DNA from: Antedon mediterranea
Lineage: Eukaryota; Animalia; Echinodermata
Assembly: GCF_964355755.1 (NCBI RefSeq)
Contig: NC_092671.1
Coordinates: 2,232,001 to 2,296,000 of the forward strand
Reading direction: 5' to 3'
DNA: 64,000 bases
The position numbers were made by a program, and so were the translations under genes. How positions within the stretch are numbered: the stretch's first letter is position 1; the number at the start of each line of letters is the position of its first letter. Below, one piece after another: positions 48,401-62,680 of this stretch. Below the pieces are notes generated by a model. It worked only from the letters and a program-made list of their open reading frames with translations. It searched no databases and was not told the DNA's origin.

Positions 48401-50258
48401 ATAATTACATATCCCATGAAGGGTTATTACCTTTTTCTTGAGGTACACAGTACTGTAAAAAATATAAATCTGGGTGAGTATACAATAACTTTTGATCTTT
48501 ATGTAATACTAAATGTCTTTGCACTTTGTACTTAACATTTTAATATCAGGTCAGAAAGTCAAAACACACATATGGTTGCTGGGATATCATAAAGGGCGCA
48601 ATCAATATCATAAAATGCTCTTCTTTATTGTAATATTAAGTTTAATCGTCACCAGTCTGACGAAGGGCTGTTGAATATGATAATAAAACATTATGTGTCT
48701 GAACACTGCTTTTGGAAGAAGGTCACCAAGATTGTTTCGGAATAAACAGTCTACTATTCGCTTTTTTCTACAGTACTACAAAGTGCCAAATTTACTTCTC
48801 ATTTGAAAATAGATAGAATTAAAAATTATATCAATCACATTTCTGCTAATCTCGAACCTGATTAAGTGGGTCGTTACCCAAAATCTAATTTGGTCAGACA
48901 GTCAAACATTCAAGGTGCTATTGGTAAGGAAAACAAGGGTTAATCAAAATAACCGTTATTTTGTGTTGCCATTAAACGGTTGTATAACATTGTAACACCA
49001 AAAAATGGGGTCAATTTATTCACAGACTTTTTTCGCAGCAGAAACAGGCCAAATAGCATTTTTACAATCATACTGTTGCTATTATTTCGATTATCAACTG
49101 ACTTTTAATAGCATTACAATGATTATAACATTACAATGATTATAACACCAACCTTTAATTCTAACATTCATCTTTTGTTAAGTGGTGAATTTAGAGCACT
49201 TAAAATATCATATAAATTGTTCAAAAGAACTTTTATCTAACAACATTACTTTGAACAAATCAATAAATATACAGACAATGTTAAGTACTAGGGTAAAGTC
49301 CACACTTTTAATACATGTTTTAATCTACAACATGGAACAAAGTATCATTTTCTGACCAATGAAATCACAGATTTTCATGTACTTGATATCAAAGGTCTAG
49401 TTTTTGTTGTTTACTGTACAAGTGCACACACATAACTGTACTCTCTGTTTGTCATGGCTGTTTACTTATCACCTGAACAAACAATTGGAGAAAAGTCACA
49501 ATATACAAAGGCCATAGGTCAATATAAAAATGATATTACATCCTCCATAACATGTTTAAGTGGCTACATACACTATAAAAGGAGTTGCATATTGTTGGAG
49601 AAAAGGCATAATATATACGAAGGTCTAGCTCAAATATATATGATTTTACATGTTGTATCCGCCCCCGACTATCATATTTTATGCTATCATTTTAAAAGAA
49701 AAGAAAATTCAAAGAAGTCTCAGTTGAAGAAGGAAATCCATAACATTTCTAAACAGAAATTATTTAAAAAGTCACAATTTGTTTACGATTCACAAAGAAA
49801 ATCTTTTCCGTGCCCAGAGCGCAAAGGCAGAATGATACAGCATGCTGTGTCAAAAGTACTTTGAGTAAATATGTTGCATTTTGGCATAGAAAATTAAGCA
49901 TGTTCGTAAAAATAAAGAGCTAACAGCACGCAAATGTCAACAAGACTTAAGTAACTAATTCTAGTCACGTATAATGTTTTCTCTTCAAATCAAAATGATT
50001 AACAACTTAAGCATGCAGTCATAGTACTGACTTAATGATGTGCAGAAAGAAAGGCAACATTGTATGAAAGAAACTTACATGGGTGTAACCTTTTATTTAT
50101 AGTTTTTGTTATTTTTAATTTTTTTTCTAAAGATATTGCAATTGTTTTTTAAAAACAGGATACTGTATACTAAAAGAACTTACAATATAATATAAGAAAA
50201 CTTTTCAACAAAAAATTGTGGAAAGTTAGTATTAATCATCCTCAGTACTAGTCGTCAT

Positions 50259-50640
50259 TAGACAATGCGTCTCACTTGTGTTCGCCACTTTGTACATTTT
50301 AGACATTGCGTGTCTCACTTGTGTTCGCCACTTTGTACATTTTAGACATTGCGTGTCTCACTTGTGTTCGCCACTTTGTACATTTTAGACATTGCGTGTC
50401 TCACTTGTGTTCGCCACTTTGTACATTTTAGACATTGCGTGTCTCACTTGTGTTCGCCACTTTGTACATTTTAGACATTGCGTGTCTCACTTGTGTTCGC
50501 CACTTTGTACATTTTAGACATTGCGTGTCTCACTTGTGTTCGCCACTTTGTACATTTTAGACATTGCGTGTCTCACTTGTGTTCGCCACTTTGTACATTT
50601 TAGACATTGCGTGTCTCACTTGTGTTCGCCACTCTGTACG
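50259..50640. repeat. 43-bp minisatellite, ~9 copies
   Basis: Unit tagacattgcgtgtctcacttgtgttcgccactttgtacattt starts every 43 bp (50300, 50343 ... 50601) with no spacers. Confidence 0.97.
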
Positions 50641-52554
50641 TTTTGAGCAAGCATGTGTATAGGTCCGCATGTGAACAGTTCTGTTTCCTTTTTTATGTTT
50701 GCCATCCATGAAGTATTATTATTAATATTATTTCAAAAAGGAGAAAAGATTGAATATATTTATGAGAGCTAGTTTCAAGACTCAATAATCAGTATTCAGA
50801 AAAAACAAAAAACAAAAAGCTGGATTACTTCATAAAGGAGATAAGTGTTTACTTGATAAAGTTTATTGTTAGCTAATGTTTATTGAGATTTAACGACCAT
50901 TTTTAGAATATCACCAGAGACGTGATTTACTGTCGCACAGCTGTTTGTAATGAGAAACAACTATCTATCGTAGTTTACAAGACCAACTTTAACCCCATGA
51001 GCCTATTAAGATTTCTCATCAGTAAAATCCCATCAAAAGAGAATATAAAACAAGAAATTGGTAAACTACACTATTGGATATCTGTGCTTGTCACGGTGAA
51101 TAAAAATGACCTATCTAAGAACATATTATGAGAATATGTACGAAATAAAGATAACTTTATCAACAGAAATACATGAACATCTACTTCTAAATTAATGTCA
51201 AATAACTGTACTGTATCGTAAGTAAGGCAAAAAACGTACTAAAAATAATGTCCCAGAAATCGGAGACATTTAATACATAGGCCAGCTCCGTTTGTCAGAA
51301 TGTTGACTGCAAGTGGACAGTATTACTGATGATACAATATCATTTGGAATCTTAGTTTTATTCTTTTTATACTGTTACTTCTAGTGCAGACACTTCATAT
51401 TATTTATTTATTCTTGTTTTATTAGTTTTCATACAAAACAAAGCACTCATGAAGTCATACATGTTATTGATAGTTTGTTTTCATTCGCTTGACAGAAGTG
51501 TGTATAGTTCAACAAATAGTATCAAACACTTTGTCCATCAAACATAATTGGCTCATTGCAATACAGCTGTATACCTAGTGTACCTACTGTCATACTAGTA
51601 CCAGGATATTGCTAAACACCGCAAACCCTGCAAAACTCCAAAAAAACATAGCAACCAACATAAAAGTTACCGGTAAGTGAATCATGTAGTGTACTACACA
51701 CCAAAAATGTTGAATTGTTTTTGTTTTTCTTACGTCCATGGGTCCGTTTCTTTTGCATTTATTTGATTGAAGATTACCACCGAATCTACTGTATACAACA
51801 ACAATTTTTTTATTCTTACAAATTTTGATACATTTCTGATAAAATATTAATTTTTAAAAGTGATGTCAACTTGTTTGAAATTTATTGCTAATCTTGGTGT
51901 GGTGTTCCTATAAAAAACAAATTGTAACTACTAAACAAGATTAAATTTACAATGCATGCGTTGGGAGTGTATACATTTTACAAGATTAATTTCTCAAAAC
52001 CACTTATAAGATTGTTTCATTATGTTTATTTCATGAAAAATACATAAATACTATGTATTAAATGTCAACTAATTCCAAGTCACGTGTTGGTTGTATTTTG
52101 TCTATTTTTTAATAGTAAAAATCGTGGAAAACTATATAAAACAATAACAATACAAATTCTGAATCATTGCAGAAATTTAAATTTAATGCCTTTAATGGAC
52201 AGAGTAAACTAGCTAACCTTAACCCCACTTTTTACCTCTAAGACCTTACATCTGGCTTGAGTATTCACCCAAAGAAACCTCTTTTAAACCCTCCCCCACT
52301 CCTGACTACTGTCACAGTAGTATGTTCTGTGCTCACCCCAACCCCTTTCCTCCACACCCCAAATATAAATTTCTGTTTATAGTATTTATAATAATTCATA
52401 AATCTCTAATGGATTATATGGTTTAACATGACATTTAACGTTTTAAACAAATAAATGATTTATTTATCTATAAGTTTTGCCAGTTTATCTTTTTAATCTT
52501 CCCTCTTCTGCTGAACTCATTACCGACATTATCTTACTTAAAATTATATTATAT

Positions 52555-53000
52555 AGATTCAAGATTCAAGATTCAAGAAATTTTATTTGTCCATAAAAAT
52601 GGAAATTCACTTTGCTTGGTAGATTAAAACAACAATAAAAAACAAACATAAAAAATGTTGCAACAATTTAAAACGTGCAGTATTATAACAGATAAAATAC
52701 AAGATAAAAAGTTAAAAATAAAGAAACTGTTAAAGATGTAAAACTATTTAAAAATTGCAAAAACAAAAACAAAAGAAACTCTGTACGAAAGTTTAAAAAA
52801 ATATATATTGAAAACAAAAAGTTTAAAACTATGTTACATAGTTGAAGAAAAAAAATGTTTAAGAACTATTTGCATTACTGTATTTAAAAAAATGTCTAAT
52901 GATCTTAAAAGAGCGTTTAGCGAATGATACAATAATGATGATGTAATAAAAAATGATTCAAAAGGGAAAATAGCTATGAACATTAATTTAAAACATATTT
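52555..53000 (-). mobile_element. Highly degenerate LINE 3' remnant with (TTGAATC)n tail
   Basis: gattcaagattcaagattcaag followed by tttatt reads as AATAAA plus a microsatellite tail on the minus strand, typical of non-LTR 3' ends. Confidence 0.4.
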
Positions 53001-56000
53001 ATCATTGATGCAAAATAAACTTTTTAAATTCAAGTCATTAAATGTTTAAGAAAGTAATTTAGTTGAAGCAATCATAACTAATAAGAAATGAGATATAAAG
53101 AAGTTTTAAGAGAGTAGATCTAGTACGTATAAAGTAATTTATCATCATGTCATTTTTATAATCGTTTTTCCATATTTTCGTGTAAATGGATTGTGCATAC
53201 CGCTCAATATACTATTATGACCTGAACCAATTCTGCGGACCATTTGATGAGATAGTTTTCAGTTTGTACCGCAAATGACAACAAAAGCGTGAAATAATTA
53301 TTCTAATCACAATTGTAAAATGTTGTCGGTGTACAGTGGAAGTCGTTAAACCGTACAAAGATAGCAGAGTAGCGAGTACGATGATCAATACTCAGCAAAT
53401 AAAGTCAAATCACCACTTAACCCAGCATGAAACCAGAGCCGATCATCAGCTTTTAAGGAATGTAGCCGCTTCTTTTCGATCTTACAAAACGTGTTCAAAT
53501 CCAACACAACGAGTTGGCTACTTTAATCAATATCCATTATCACCTTTGTGAATTAATTACCTTAACGAAAGCCTTAAAGCTTGCGAATTTTGCTGTCTTA
53601 ATCAATTAAGACGCACTTCAATAATTATAAGACTTTACGCCCGAGTTACACGTATTAACAAAAAGTAAAATGTAATGATGTTATCTTCTATATTAGGATT
53701 AATCTACGAAGATGAGACCACTCATTGGTATTATTGTTAATTTTCAGCAATTTGAAATACTGATATTAACATATTTTTTAATTTGGTCATTTATACTACA
53801 ATAACAAAACTAAAGAAAATGAAAACGATTAATTTGAATCTACTGTATGGTTTGTTACTATATTAAAGTAGTAAATAACTATTCAAGTGGACATAATTTA
53901 ATGTCAAACATTCTGTATGTACAATTGTTATGACAATGATAATTGAGGAATTTTATTGAAATGACTATATTATTTAATACAATACAGTTGCATACTCAAA
54001 GTTGTACTATATCAGGCAATGTATAGCCTAATGGCAAAGTATAATTTGTATATTGAATGAAATGATATATGAACATTCACAATGTCATTCTCCTTAACAG
54101 AACAAAAAGAGCCCAAGGATATGCTGAATAATATAATAGAAAGGCAAGATCAAAGGCACAATGACCATATTAACTAGTTTTTGTGAAACAAACTGGTTTT
54201 AGGCAGAGAATTTATATCATCAAATATATCATTCTTTCTGTTTGTCGGTACCTTTGTCGTCGTGTCCAATACAATACAGCTAACATCATCTTAAATGATA
54301 TTGCTTAGATTCCGGCTTGTTTCTTTATGCACAGGCATTATATTCAGCTTTATTAATATTTCTCAAAATTGATCGATAGTACAGATAGCTGCAGGCAATA
54401 TAGTACAGTGTTCAATGCTTATTCAGGGCAAGTTATTGTTTGCGAGTGGGCTATTAGTGGTTCGTAATCAGATAAAATTACGATAGCAAGTACTGTATAA
54501 GCGCTGTGGAAGATCGTAGAATAACTTTAACATGGTTGAATCTAATTTGACAATTTGACAGGTCTTAAAATAATGGGAAAGATGAAAATTTACGAGAAAA
54601 AAGAATCTTATACAGTGTGTTGAATTAAGAAAACTTTTACATAAAAACATCAAATTTCATCAATGTTAAGTTTTTCCAGTACGCTTGCTTTCTAACATGC
54701 TTCATGTCATATTTATTATGTACATTTCTAAGGCATGTTCTCTCAGAGGAACACACATAAATCATACTCTCTTTTTAATATATGTATGATTCTATAAATT
54801 ACTAGACATATAAGGAATATTTATAAAAAAAATATCCTTGCTTCCAACCTCAAGTTTATAATTTACGAGGTTCGATGAGTTTTGACTTTGATAGTCGAAC
54901 ATGAAAATTGGCAAGGAATCACGTATCATTTGTCGTGTTTTACAGAATGGTTTGCAATAAATGCACGTCCCTTGACAGCTGTTTTTAAATTAAAAATCGT
55001 ATTATTTATTCAGAAGTCAGTAAATTTAAATTATAAATTAAGATTTAATATAGAAATTCCCATATGCAACATATACTTGATTTTTAACTTGAATCAAATC
55101 TGTCAAAGTGATGTATATGATCAATGGAGTATTATATAAATAAACAATATTACATAGTTCATTTGTATTTGATCTATTAATGTATTAAACTGTATGAATA
55201 AACAAGAAATTCATTTTAATTGATGTACATACTGCATTAACAATAATACATAATAGAGAGTAACCAAAACCAAAAGTGGTGTTGGTAGGAATGTACTGTA
55301 CCATTATCTGATAGGGGTGTTTAATAACATTTTATATATTCGAGTTGTAGCTTTCTTCTTGAAGAGAATAGGCTAAGGTCAGTTTATCCAGGTAAGCTAG
55401 GCACGAAATATTGTAGACTTGTACCTATTACAAAAAAATAAAATTAGGTATTTAACATTAAAATATGAACAAAACATAAATACTACAGTATATGGTATTT
55501 ATTGTACCTTATTATACCATCTCCGTCTAACAGGACACATCCCAATTAAGTGTACGACACGCTTCAATTAATTTTTGTCTCCCAGTGGTAAGTTGTGTGT
55601 CTGTCTAGATGGTTAACCTCAGTATTTTTTTTTAGGATGGATGTAATATATACTATAGTTAATAATAATCCATATAGTCTATAATATATTTTAAATATAA
55701 ACATGATCCTATTGAACCACACTATCAGACAAATTACTACAGGTGTGACCATAATATAAAACAATATATTAAATAAATAATTGGAATTGACAAACTTTGA
55801 AATTGACATGTGCTACCGAATATTTTCATCTAATTGTAAAGAGATCAAATACCACTTTATAAACAATATACTTTAAAATATTCAGAGCAATAATTGACTA
55901 GGCCGAGATACGGCGATACCTGCCCCACATGATAATCAACTAAACTTAAAAGCTGTTGAACTAGACCGTTCTTTTGACCTTTGACTTCTTCATTTACAGA

Positions 56001-58659
56001 TTGTGTTTCATTACTCATTAGCTCAGCTTTACCACTATCATTTAGCACAATAAATTACTCATAATTTTTATGTTATTTTTAAAAATCTTTCATAAAATTT
56101 CTTTAAGAAAGTATACAGTGTTTTTATAACAACATTAGATGTTTTTCTTTCTTGTTGGTATGCCATCCTTTAAACATTTATGTTATGATTGGTTCTTGCT
56201 GTAATAATGCAAGAAAATTATTAAAATAGTATATTTTTCCATGCACATACTTTAAAGTCTCTCAACTGAACCAGGCAACGGGCAAGTCCGACCGAAAAAA
56301 ACCAAGTGCATACAAATTACCCATGCTGCACGGTTAAGCTTTATTTACAAAAATGTGTAGTGAAATTTGCCCGCGTTTAAAAAAATATCCGATCTGGTAT
56401 TACAGTACATAAAGTACACAAGCACATAGTCTTACATCCAACCGAAAGCTTCTTATAGAAATCCTATAGCTAAATCAATAGCTACATAGGTAAACAGTAT
56501 CTGACAACAAAAGATTTGCTAATTTACCAATTACAGGTTTCACACTCCATGAAAACAGGTGATATGTTAAGAGAGAGGGGAAATTATCATCAATATCAAG
56601 TCAATTTTCTTAGGTGTAAAATAACCAAGCAGTCACAGTGAAACAATAATAAATTAGAAATCTAATGATTTTCATATGTTTTTGACAATCTTAGGGTCAT
56701 CTTAGTTTAATGCAAGATATTATATTTTTCTCAGAGTTTTCCAGTTAAATGTTTGTATATTAAAATTTAATATAATAAATGCCTACTATCACAGTGTGTT
56801 ATACTGTATCTAGCTAGCACCAAACTATGTTGTGTCTATGAACAGTATCTGTACTGTAGTATAGGCTAAACTAAAAATATGTTAAATAATATAAGAAAAT
56901 GTTTAATTTTTGTAAAATGTTAGTTTAAATAGTAAATGATTAGTGAAATAAACAGCTAACAAGCTCAACAATGTACAGAGGGAGAAATGCAGAAATTAAG
57001 TGTATATATTTCATTGGAATGGTTAATACCTTTTAGTATCTTTACAAAATTTGAATAGGAAGCGACATAGGCTTAGTATCATCCCTCATTATTCAGTCTA
57101 ACTTCACTGTCATCATAAATTTCATTTAAATCCTACAGTTTAACGGCAAAGGTTTATTATACAAAATTCTTCCTATGACATATATAACCCACATTACTCA
57201 CGGAATAATGTATAATTTAATGCTTTGGGTTTTCTTTCATAATTAAGAATATTAAAGTTGATAAATGATTTCTCGAGAATATTTTGTTAACTTTAATAAG
57301 ATTTCAGTTAAGTTAAGTGTATATATATACTAAAGTGCTCAAGGTGCCTAAAGTTTCTACCTACTATGCACTTCAAAATGATAAAAAAGTGATCTAAATG
57401 TAATAATTAATACAGAAATATTCCAAGAAATGAAAACACAGAATCGCAACATGCAATATTTCATCATTAATTTGTCATTCTCAGGAAACAAATATGACCA
57501 TAAAATTCATTATTATTTCATCTGAATAAAATATATGCAGGTACTGTACTATATATAATAATTATGCCTAACGAAGAAATAGTGTTTTTTGAAATCTTGT
57601 CACTTCTTTCTGGCTGTTTTAATTTAAGTTATTTTTTTTATTTAGCTTTTTGCTTACTATATTTCATATGTTTTAAAAATTGTTATGTATTATCTCCATT
57701 GAAATTTAGCCACTGGTATCCACAGCATTGTCATTTTTTCAGTATAATTTTGATTTTTTTTTCTCTGATTGAGATTGAGCACAATTGCTTTGTACAATTA
57801 TGTAAATCAACTATTGTGTGTATACAGTAGGTAGGTATGTGACGATACAGTTGGGTTCACCTCCCTGGATAAGGTGTTAATTAACTATCCCCAAATGAGT
57901 ATCAATTTTAACCATACCTGTAATTAGTAAACATCAAAACATATGTACAGTATAACTAGCAATAATGAAAAATCTAATACCAAATGTCTAGTTAGAGTGA
58001 ATTTTGAGCCTTGAATTATACTAGTAATGTAAATGTTGGAAATTACCCATATTAAAACTATTACACATCAAATGTGTGTACAGTATTATCATTCTAATAT
58101 TGGAACTTACCCCTATTGCCAAGAAACCTTCCAAAACTCATCTATGATAGGTGTATTTATCCAACAGCAAATAAAAAAAAAGATTTAGAAAATATCCGTA
58201 GAGTACATGAAGGATAGCATGCAATGCTTTTGCTACATTAAAACTATTGGCTGAACACAACCAGAGATTTAGCTTATGCTGCAAACACAGCATACAACAC
58301 AATGACTGAATCTCTATAGCCTACACAACTCAACACAGCTATCAGCCAATCAGGATCGTTCTATTATTTAGTCAGTACAATACACTCCCCCTCTAATGTG
58401 TACAGGTGTGAAAACCAAATTTGCTTTACCAGTTAGGTCAAACACGAAAACCTCCTTCAAAAGCTCAGTTTAAATATGTACCGGTTGTGACCTTTACAAA
58501 AGGTACTTTTTGAATGTTTGCCTCGTTTTTTAGATCAAATAACTACATTTACAATCTGAGCTTTGTCTTTAGGTTCTATTGTATTATTTACACATAAGAT
58601 GGTCTTCTGCATACACAGTATATGCTATATGTGTATGCTATATGTGTATGCTATAGCAA

Positions 58660-58965
58660 GCCTGTGAAAACCCACCGTTGCACACTTCAAATTGGGGCAC
58701 ATGCATTGAGAGGTATTTAGAGATAATTATATGTGTATTTACACACAAAGCAGTCTTCTGTCCGTAACGTATGCGTTTACAAACCCGTGGAAACTCACCG
58801 TTTCACACCTAAAATTGGGGCACATGCATTCAAGTGTTATTTAAAAGAATTACTCATTCTGAATGGTAGATCCCAACAACAGTGCCACTACAGGTTTCAC
58901 TCATGGGACAAAGAGGATTATCCTATATGACAAAGGGGATTATCCTATATGACAAAGGGATTATC
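58660..58965. repeat. Diverged ~123-bp duplication followed by a 22-bp triplet repeat
   Basis: aaattggggcacatgcatt occurs twice and gacaaag(a/g)ggattatcctatat three times. Confidence 0.75.
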
Positions 58966-59411
58966 TCAGGTGTGATGTAACTATAGATAAAGAATGCAAC
59001 CTCCAAAAAGATTCAAGTACTTCTGTATATTACAATTTATGCAGCTGGGAACATAATCAATGTTCTTGCAGAATAAAATCAGATATCCACCATCATTTAC
59101 AAGGTCATATTAATATTTAAAAATATATTTCTTAAGATTCCTTGCAATCTTTACCTTTATTAAATTTGAATGTTTCAATCAAGTATGTATATATACTGTA
59201 ATTTAATCATAGATGCTTCCATTTGTTCGGAAATATTATGCAACATTTTGTTTATAAATTCTTTACAATTCTGTTTTTTTAGTGAACTGTGTCAAACCCA
59301 GAACTTAATAATCTCTATATTTTTAAGACTATATTAATATTAAATTGTGTACTTATTTATTAAAATAATTTAAATACATTAATTTTTCATAAATTTTTTA
59401 TCTAAATTCAC

Positions 59412-59544
59412 ATAGTCAACTCTCCCAATATCAGACACCTTTGGCCTAATATGTTTGGTAATCAGAATGTGTTTTTAATGGTAAGAATGAATTTGGGACC
59501 TTTTTAACTATAAAAAAAAGTCTGGTATTGGAAGAGTTGACTAT
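59412..59544. mobile_element. Small TIR element (Tc1/pogo-like MITE)
   Basis: 25-bp imperfect inverted repeat atagtcaactctcccaatatcagac ... gtctggtattggaagagttgactat. Confidence 0.7.
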
Positions 59545-60076
59545 TTCTAAATGTCAATAGTTGGAAATCAAGAATAGTCTTTTTTTGTTTATTTTTCTTT
59601 TATTCCTTTCAATTCTGTTTTTCCTGGTAGCTATGTCTAACCATGGAGAAAGAAAGGACAAGGAGGTCTCTTGAGGTGGTTTTATATCTTAATCAAATAA
59701 ATATATTGGTCAAATAAGTTTTTTGTCCTGTACTTTATAATTATAACAAACAAAATAAATATTGGAATATTGATGGATATAAATTTACATTATAAATAAC
59801 TATATTTATGCGGGGAGTTGTAAAATATATATGCAAACTATTTAAAAATCAAGAATAAAGTTGATATCACTCCATCATTAATTAAACTCATCAAAGCAAT
59901 AAACAGATAAGACGTAATCTTCATATAAAGATTAATCTATCAATCATAACAGATACTTTGAATGCATTATGCAAGATTCTCTATTTGACCTTTTCAACAA
60001 AACAAGGTGTAGATTAAAAGTCATTACAAATGTACATAATCAACTTGCCCATTTTATTATATAATATACTCACTTA

Positions 60077-60207
60077 AGCTCTGTCTACACTATCAAAAAA
60101 ATTGTGATGTGCCCAAATATGGTAGTGATATGCCCAAATATGGATGACATCATCGTGTCTAATGGGCACATCACTTTTTTTCACATAAAGTTTGATAGTG
60201 TAGACAG
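60077..60207. mobile_element. MITE family A
   Basis: Left TIR is intact and the right TIR is truncated at gtagacag. Confidence 0.85.
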
Positions 60208-61027
60208 TGTATCCCCTATACCTCTCTAAACATTTGAAACTTTCCCAATAAATTTCTTGAGGTCTAAAAGGCTTCTTTGTACCATTAAAAACGCATTCAG
60301 AATACCAGAATTTCCGCAAAACCAGACACATTTATTACAACCTGGTATTGTAGTAGTATATCAGCAAATAACATAAATAGGTGGGGTGGGAGATGTAAGG
60401 ATATTAAACTGGGTACCATTGTGGAATCACAGCAAAATAGGAAAACACATCTGATTGAGGAAGTAAAACAATTTACAGTAAACAATGGCACTATATGGAC
60501 CATAAAATGATAAAGGATTAAAAATAAGGAGGATTAACTAAATTGAAAAAAGGAAATCTATGCATGTAGGTTTCTCCATTGATAGCTTTATTTAGGAAAC
60601 TTATAAATCCTACAGCCAATATTTCAAATCCTTGATATAAACAGTTCTTAAATTCAAATATCGAATGTACTTTAACAAACGATTTCTTACTATTGTAAGT
60701 AAACCTAATACTGTAAACAAATTTATGAATTGCTACAATTTTAATCAATAAAGAGATCAGTCTTATAAACCTGTCGCCCATATTTATTAGGTTCTCAACC
60801 AATCAAAATTAAGAACAAGAATAAAATAGGGCATAAGCTGGAATACTTAACCTACATTTCATTAATGTGTACATTACCTACATTTTATATTGTAAACTAA
60901 GGCGGACATAACCAGGGTAAATATACATAATTATTCCATCTACAACATAACATTTATTTCTTATGACGCATATTTTATTTATAATTCATTAAATGTGAAT
61001 AGTTGTTACATATAATACCCTCATGTT

Positions 61028-62680
61028 TGGTTTCAAGAGCGTGTTCCTTTAACATTTTCACTATTCAGGGGACACTGGTTGGGTCTAGAAGGAGTATCTC
61101 TAATAGTGGTTACTGTGCAGTATTTTATGTTGAACCAAAGTACTGAACCATGTATCTACTTGGTTTTAAGAGTGTCCTATGTTCCTTTAACATTTTCAGT
61201 ATTCCGGGGACACTGGTTGGGTCTAGAAGGAGTATCTCTAATAGTGGTTACTGTGCAGTATTTTATGTTGAACCAAAGTACTGAACCATGTATCTACTTG
61301 ATTTTAAGAGTGTCCTATGTTCCTTTAACATTTTCACTATTCAGGGGACACTGGTTGGGTCTAGAAGGAGTATCTCTAATAGTGGTTACTGTGCAGTATT
61401 TTATGTTGAACCAAAGTACTGAACCATGTATCTACTTGGTTTTAAGAGTGTCCTATGTTCCTTTAACATTTTCACTATTCAGGGGACACTGGTTGGGTCT
61501 AGAAAGAGTATCTCTAATAGTGGTTACTGTGCAGTATTTTATGTTGAACCAAAGTACTGAACCATGTATCTACTTGGTTTTAAGAGTGTCCTATGTTCCT
61601 TTAACATTTTCACTATTCAGAGGACACTTGTTGGGTCAAGAAGGAGTATCTCTAATAGTGGTTACTGTGCAGTATTTTATGTTGAACCAAAGTACTGAAC
61701 CATGTATCTACTTGGTTTTAAGAGTGTCCTATGTTCCTTTAACATTTTCACTATTCAGAGGACACTTGTTGGGTCAAGAAGGAGTATCTCTAATAGTGGT
61801 TACTGTGCAGTATTTTATGTTGAACCAAAGTACTGAACCATGTATCTACTTGGTTTTAAGAGTGTCCTATGTTCCTTTAACATTTTCACTATTCAGGGGA
61901 TACTGGTTGGGTCTAGAAGGAGTATCTCTAATAGTGGTTACTGTGCAGTATTTTATGTTGAACCAAAGTACTGAACCATGTATCTACTTGGTTTTAAGAG
62001 TGTCCTATGTTCCTTTAACATTTTCACTATTCAGGGGATACTTGTTGGGTCAAGAAGGAGTATCTCTAATAGTGGTTACTGTGCAGTATTTTATGTTGAA
62101 CCAAAGTACTGAACCATGTATCTACTTGGTTTTAAGAGTGTCCTATGTTCCTTTAACATTTTCACTATTCAGGGGATACTTGTTGGGTCAAGAAGGAGTA
62201 TCTCTAATAGTGGTTACTGTGCAGTATTTTATGTTGAACCAACGTACTGAACCATGTATCTACTTGGTTTTAAGAGTGTCCTATGTTCCTTTAACATTTT
62301 CACTATTCAGGGGATACTTGTTGGGTCAAGAAGGAGTATCTCTAATAGTGGTTACTGTGCAGTATTTTGTGTTGAACCAAAGTACTGAACCATGTATCTA
62401 CTTGGTTTTAAGAATGTCCTATGTTCCTTTAACATTTTCACTATTCAGGGGATACTTGTTGGGTCAAGAAGGAGTATCTCTAATAGTGGTTACTGTGCAG
62501 TATTTTATGTTGAACCAAAGTACTGAACCATGTATCTACTTGGTTTTAAGAGTGTCCTATATGTTCCTTTAACATTTTCACTATTCAGGGGATACTTGTT
62601 TGGTCTAGAAGGAGTATCTCTAATAGTGGTTACTGTGCACGATTTTATGTTGAACCAAAGTACTGAACCATGTATCTACT
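61028..62680. repeat. 138-bp tandem array, ~12 copies
   Basis: Period is 138 (gggtctagaa at 61081, 61219, ...). Units are near-identical and generate the 46-aa-repeat ORF. Confidence 0.97.

Noticed and set aside
50259-50640. CRISPR-like appearance of the 43-bp array
   Set aside because: Units are head-to-tail with no unique spacers, there are no cas genes, and the DNA is eukaryotic.
61079-62572. 497-aa ORF with 46-aa repeats
   Set aside because: It is a by-product of a 138-bp tandem array. It has a TTG start, a 2-bp insertion ends the frame, and the unit resembles a MITE end.
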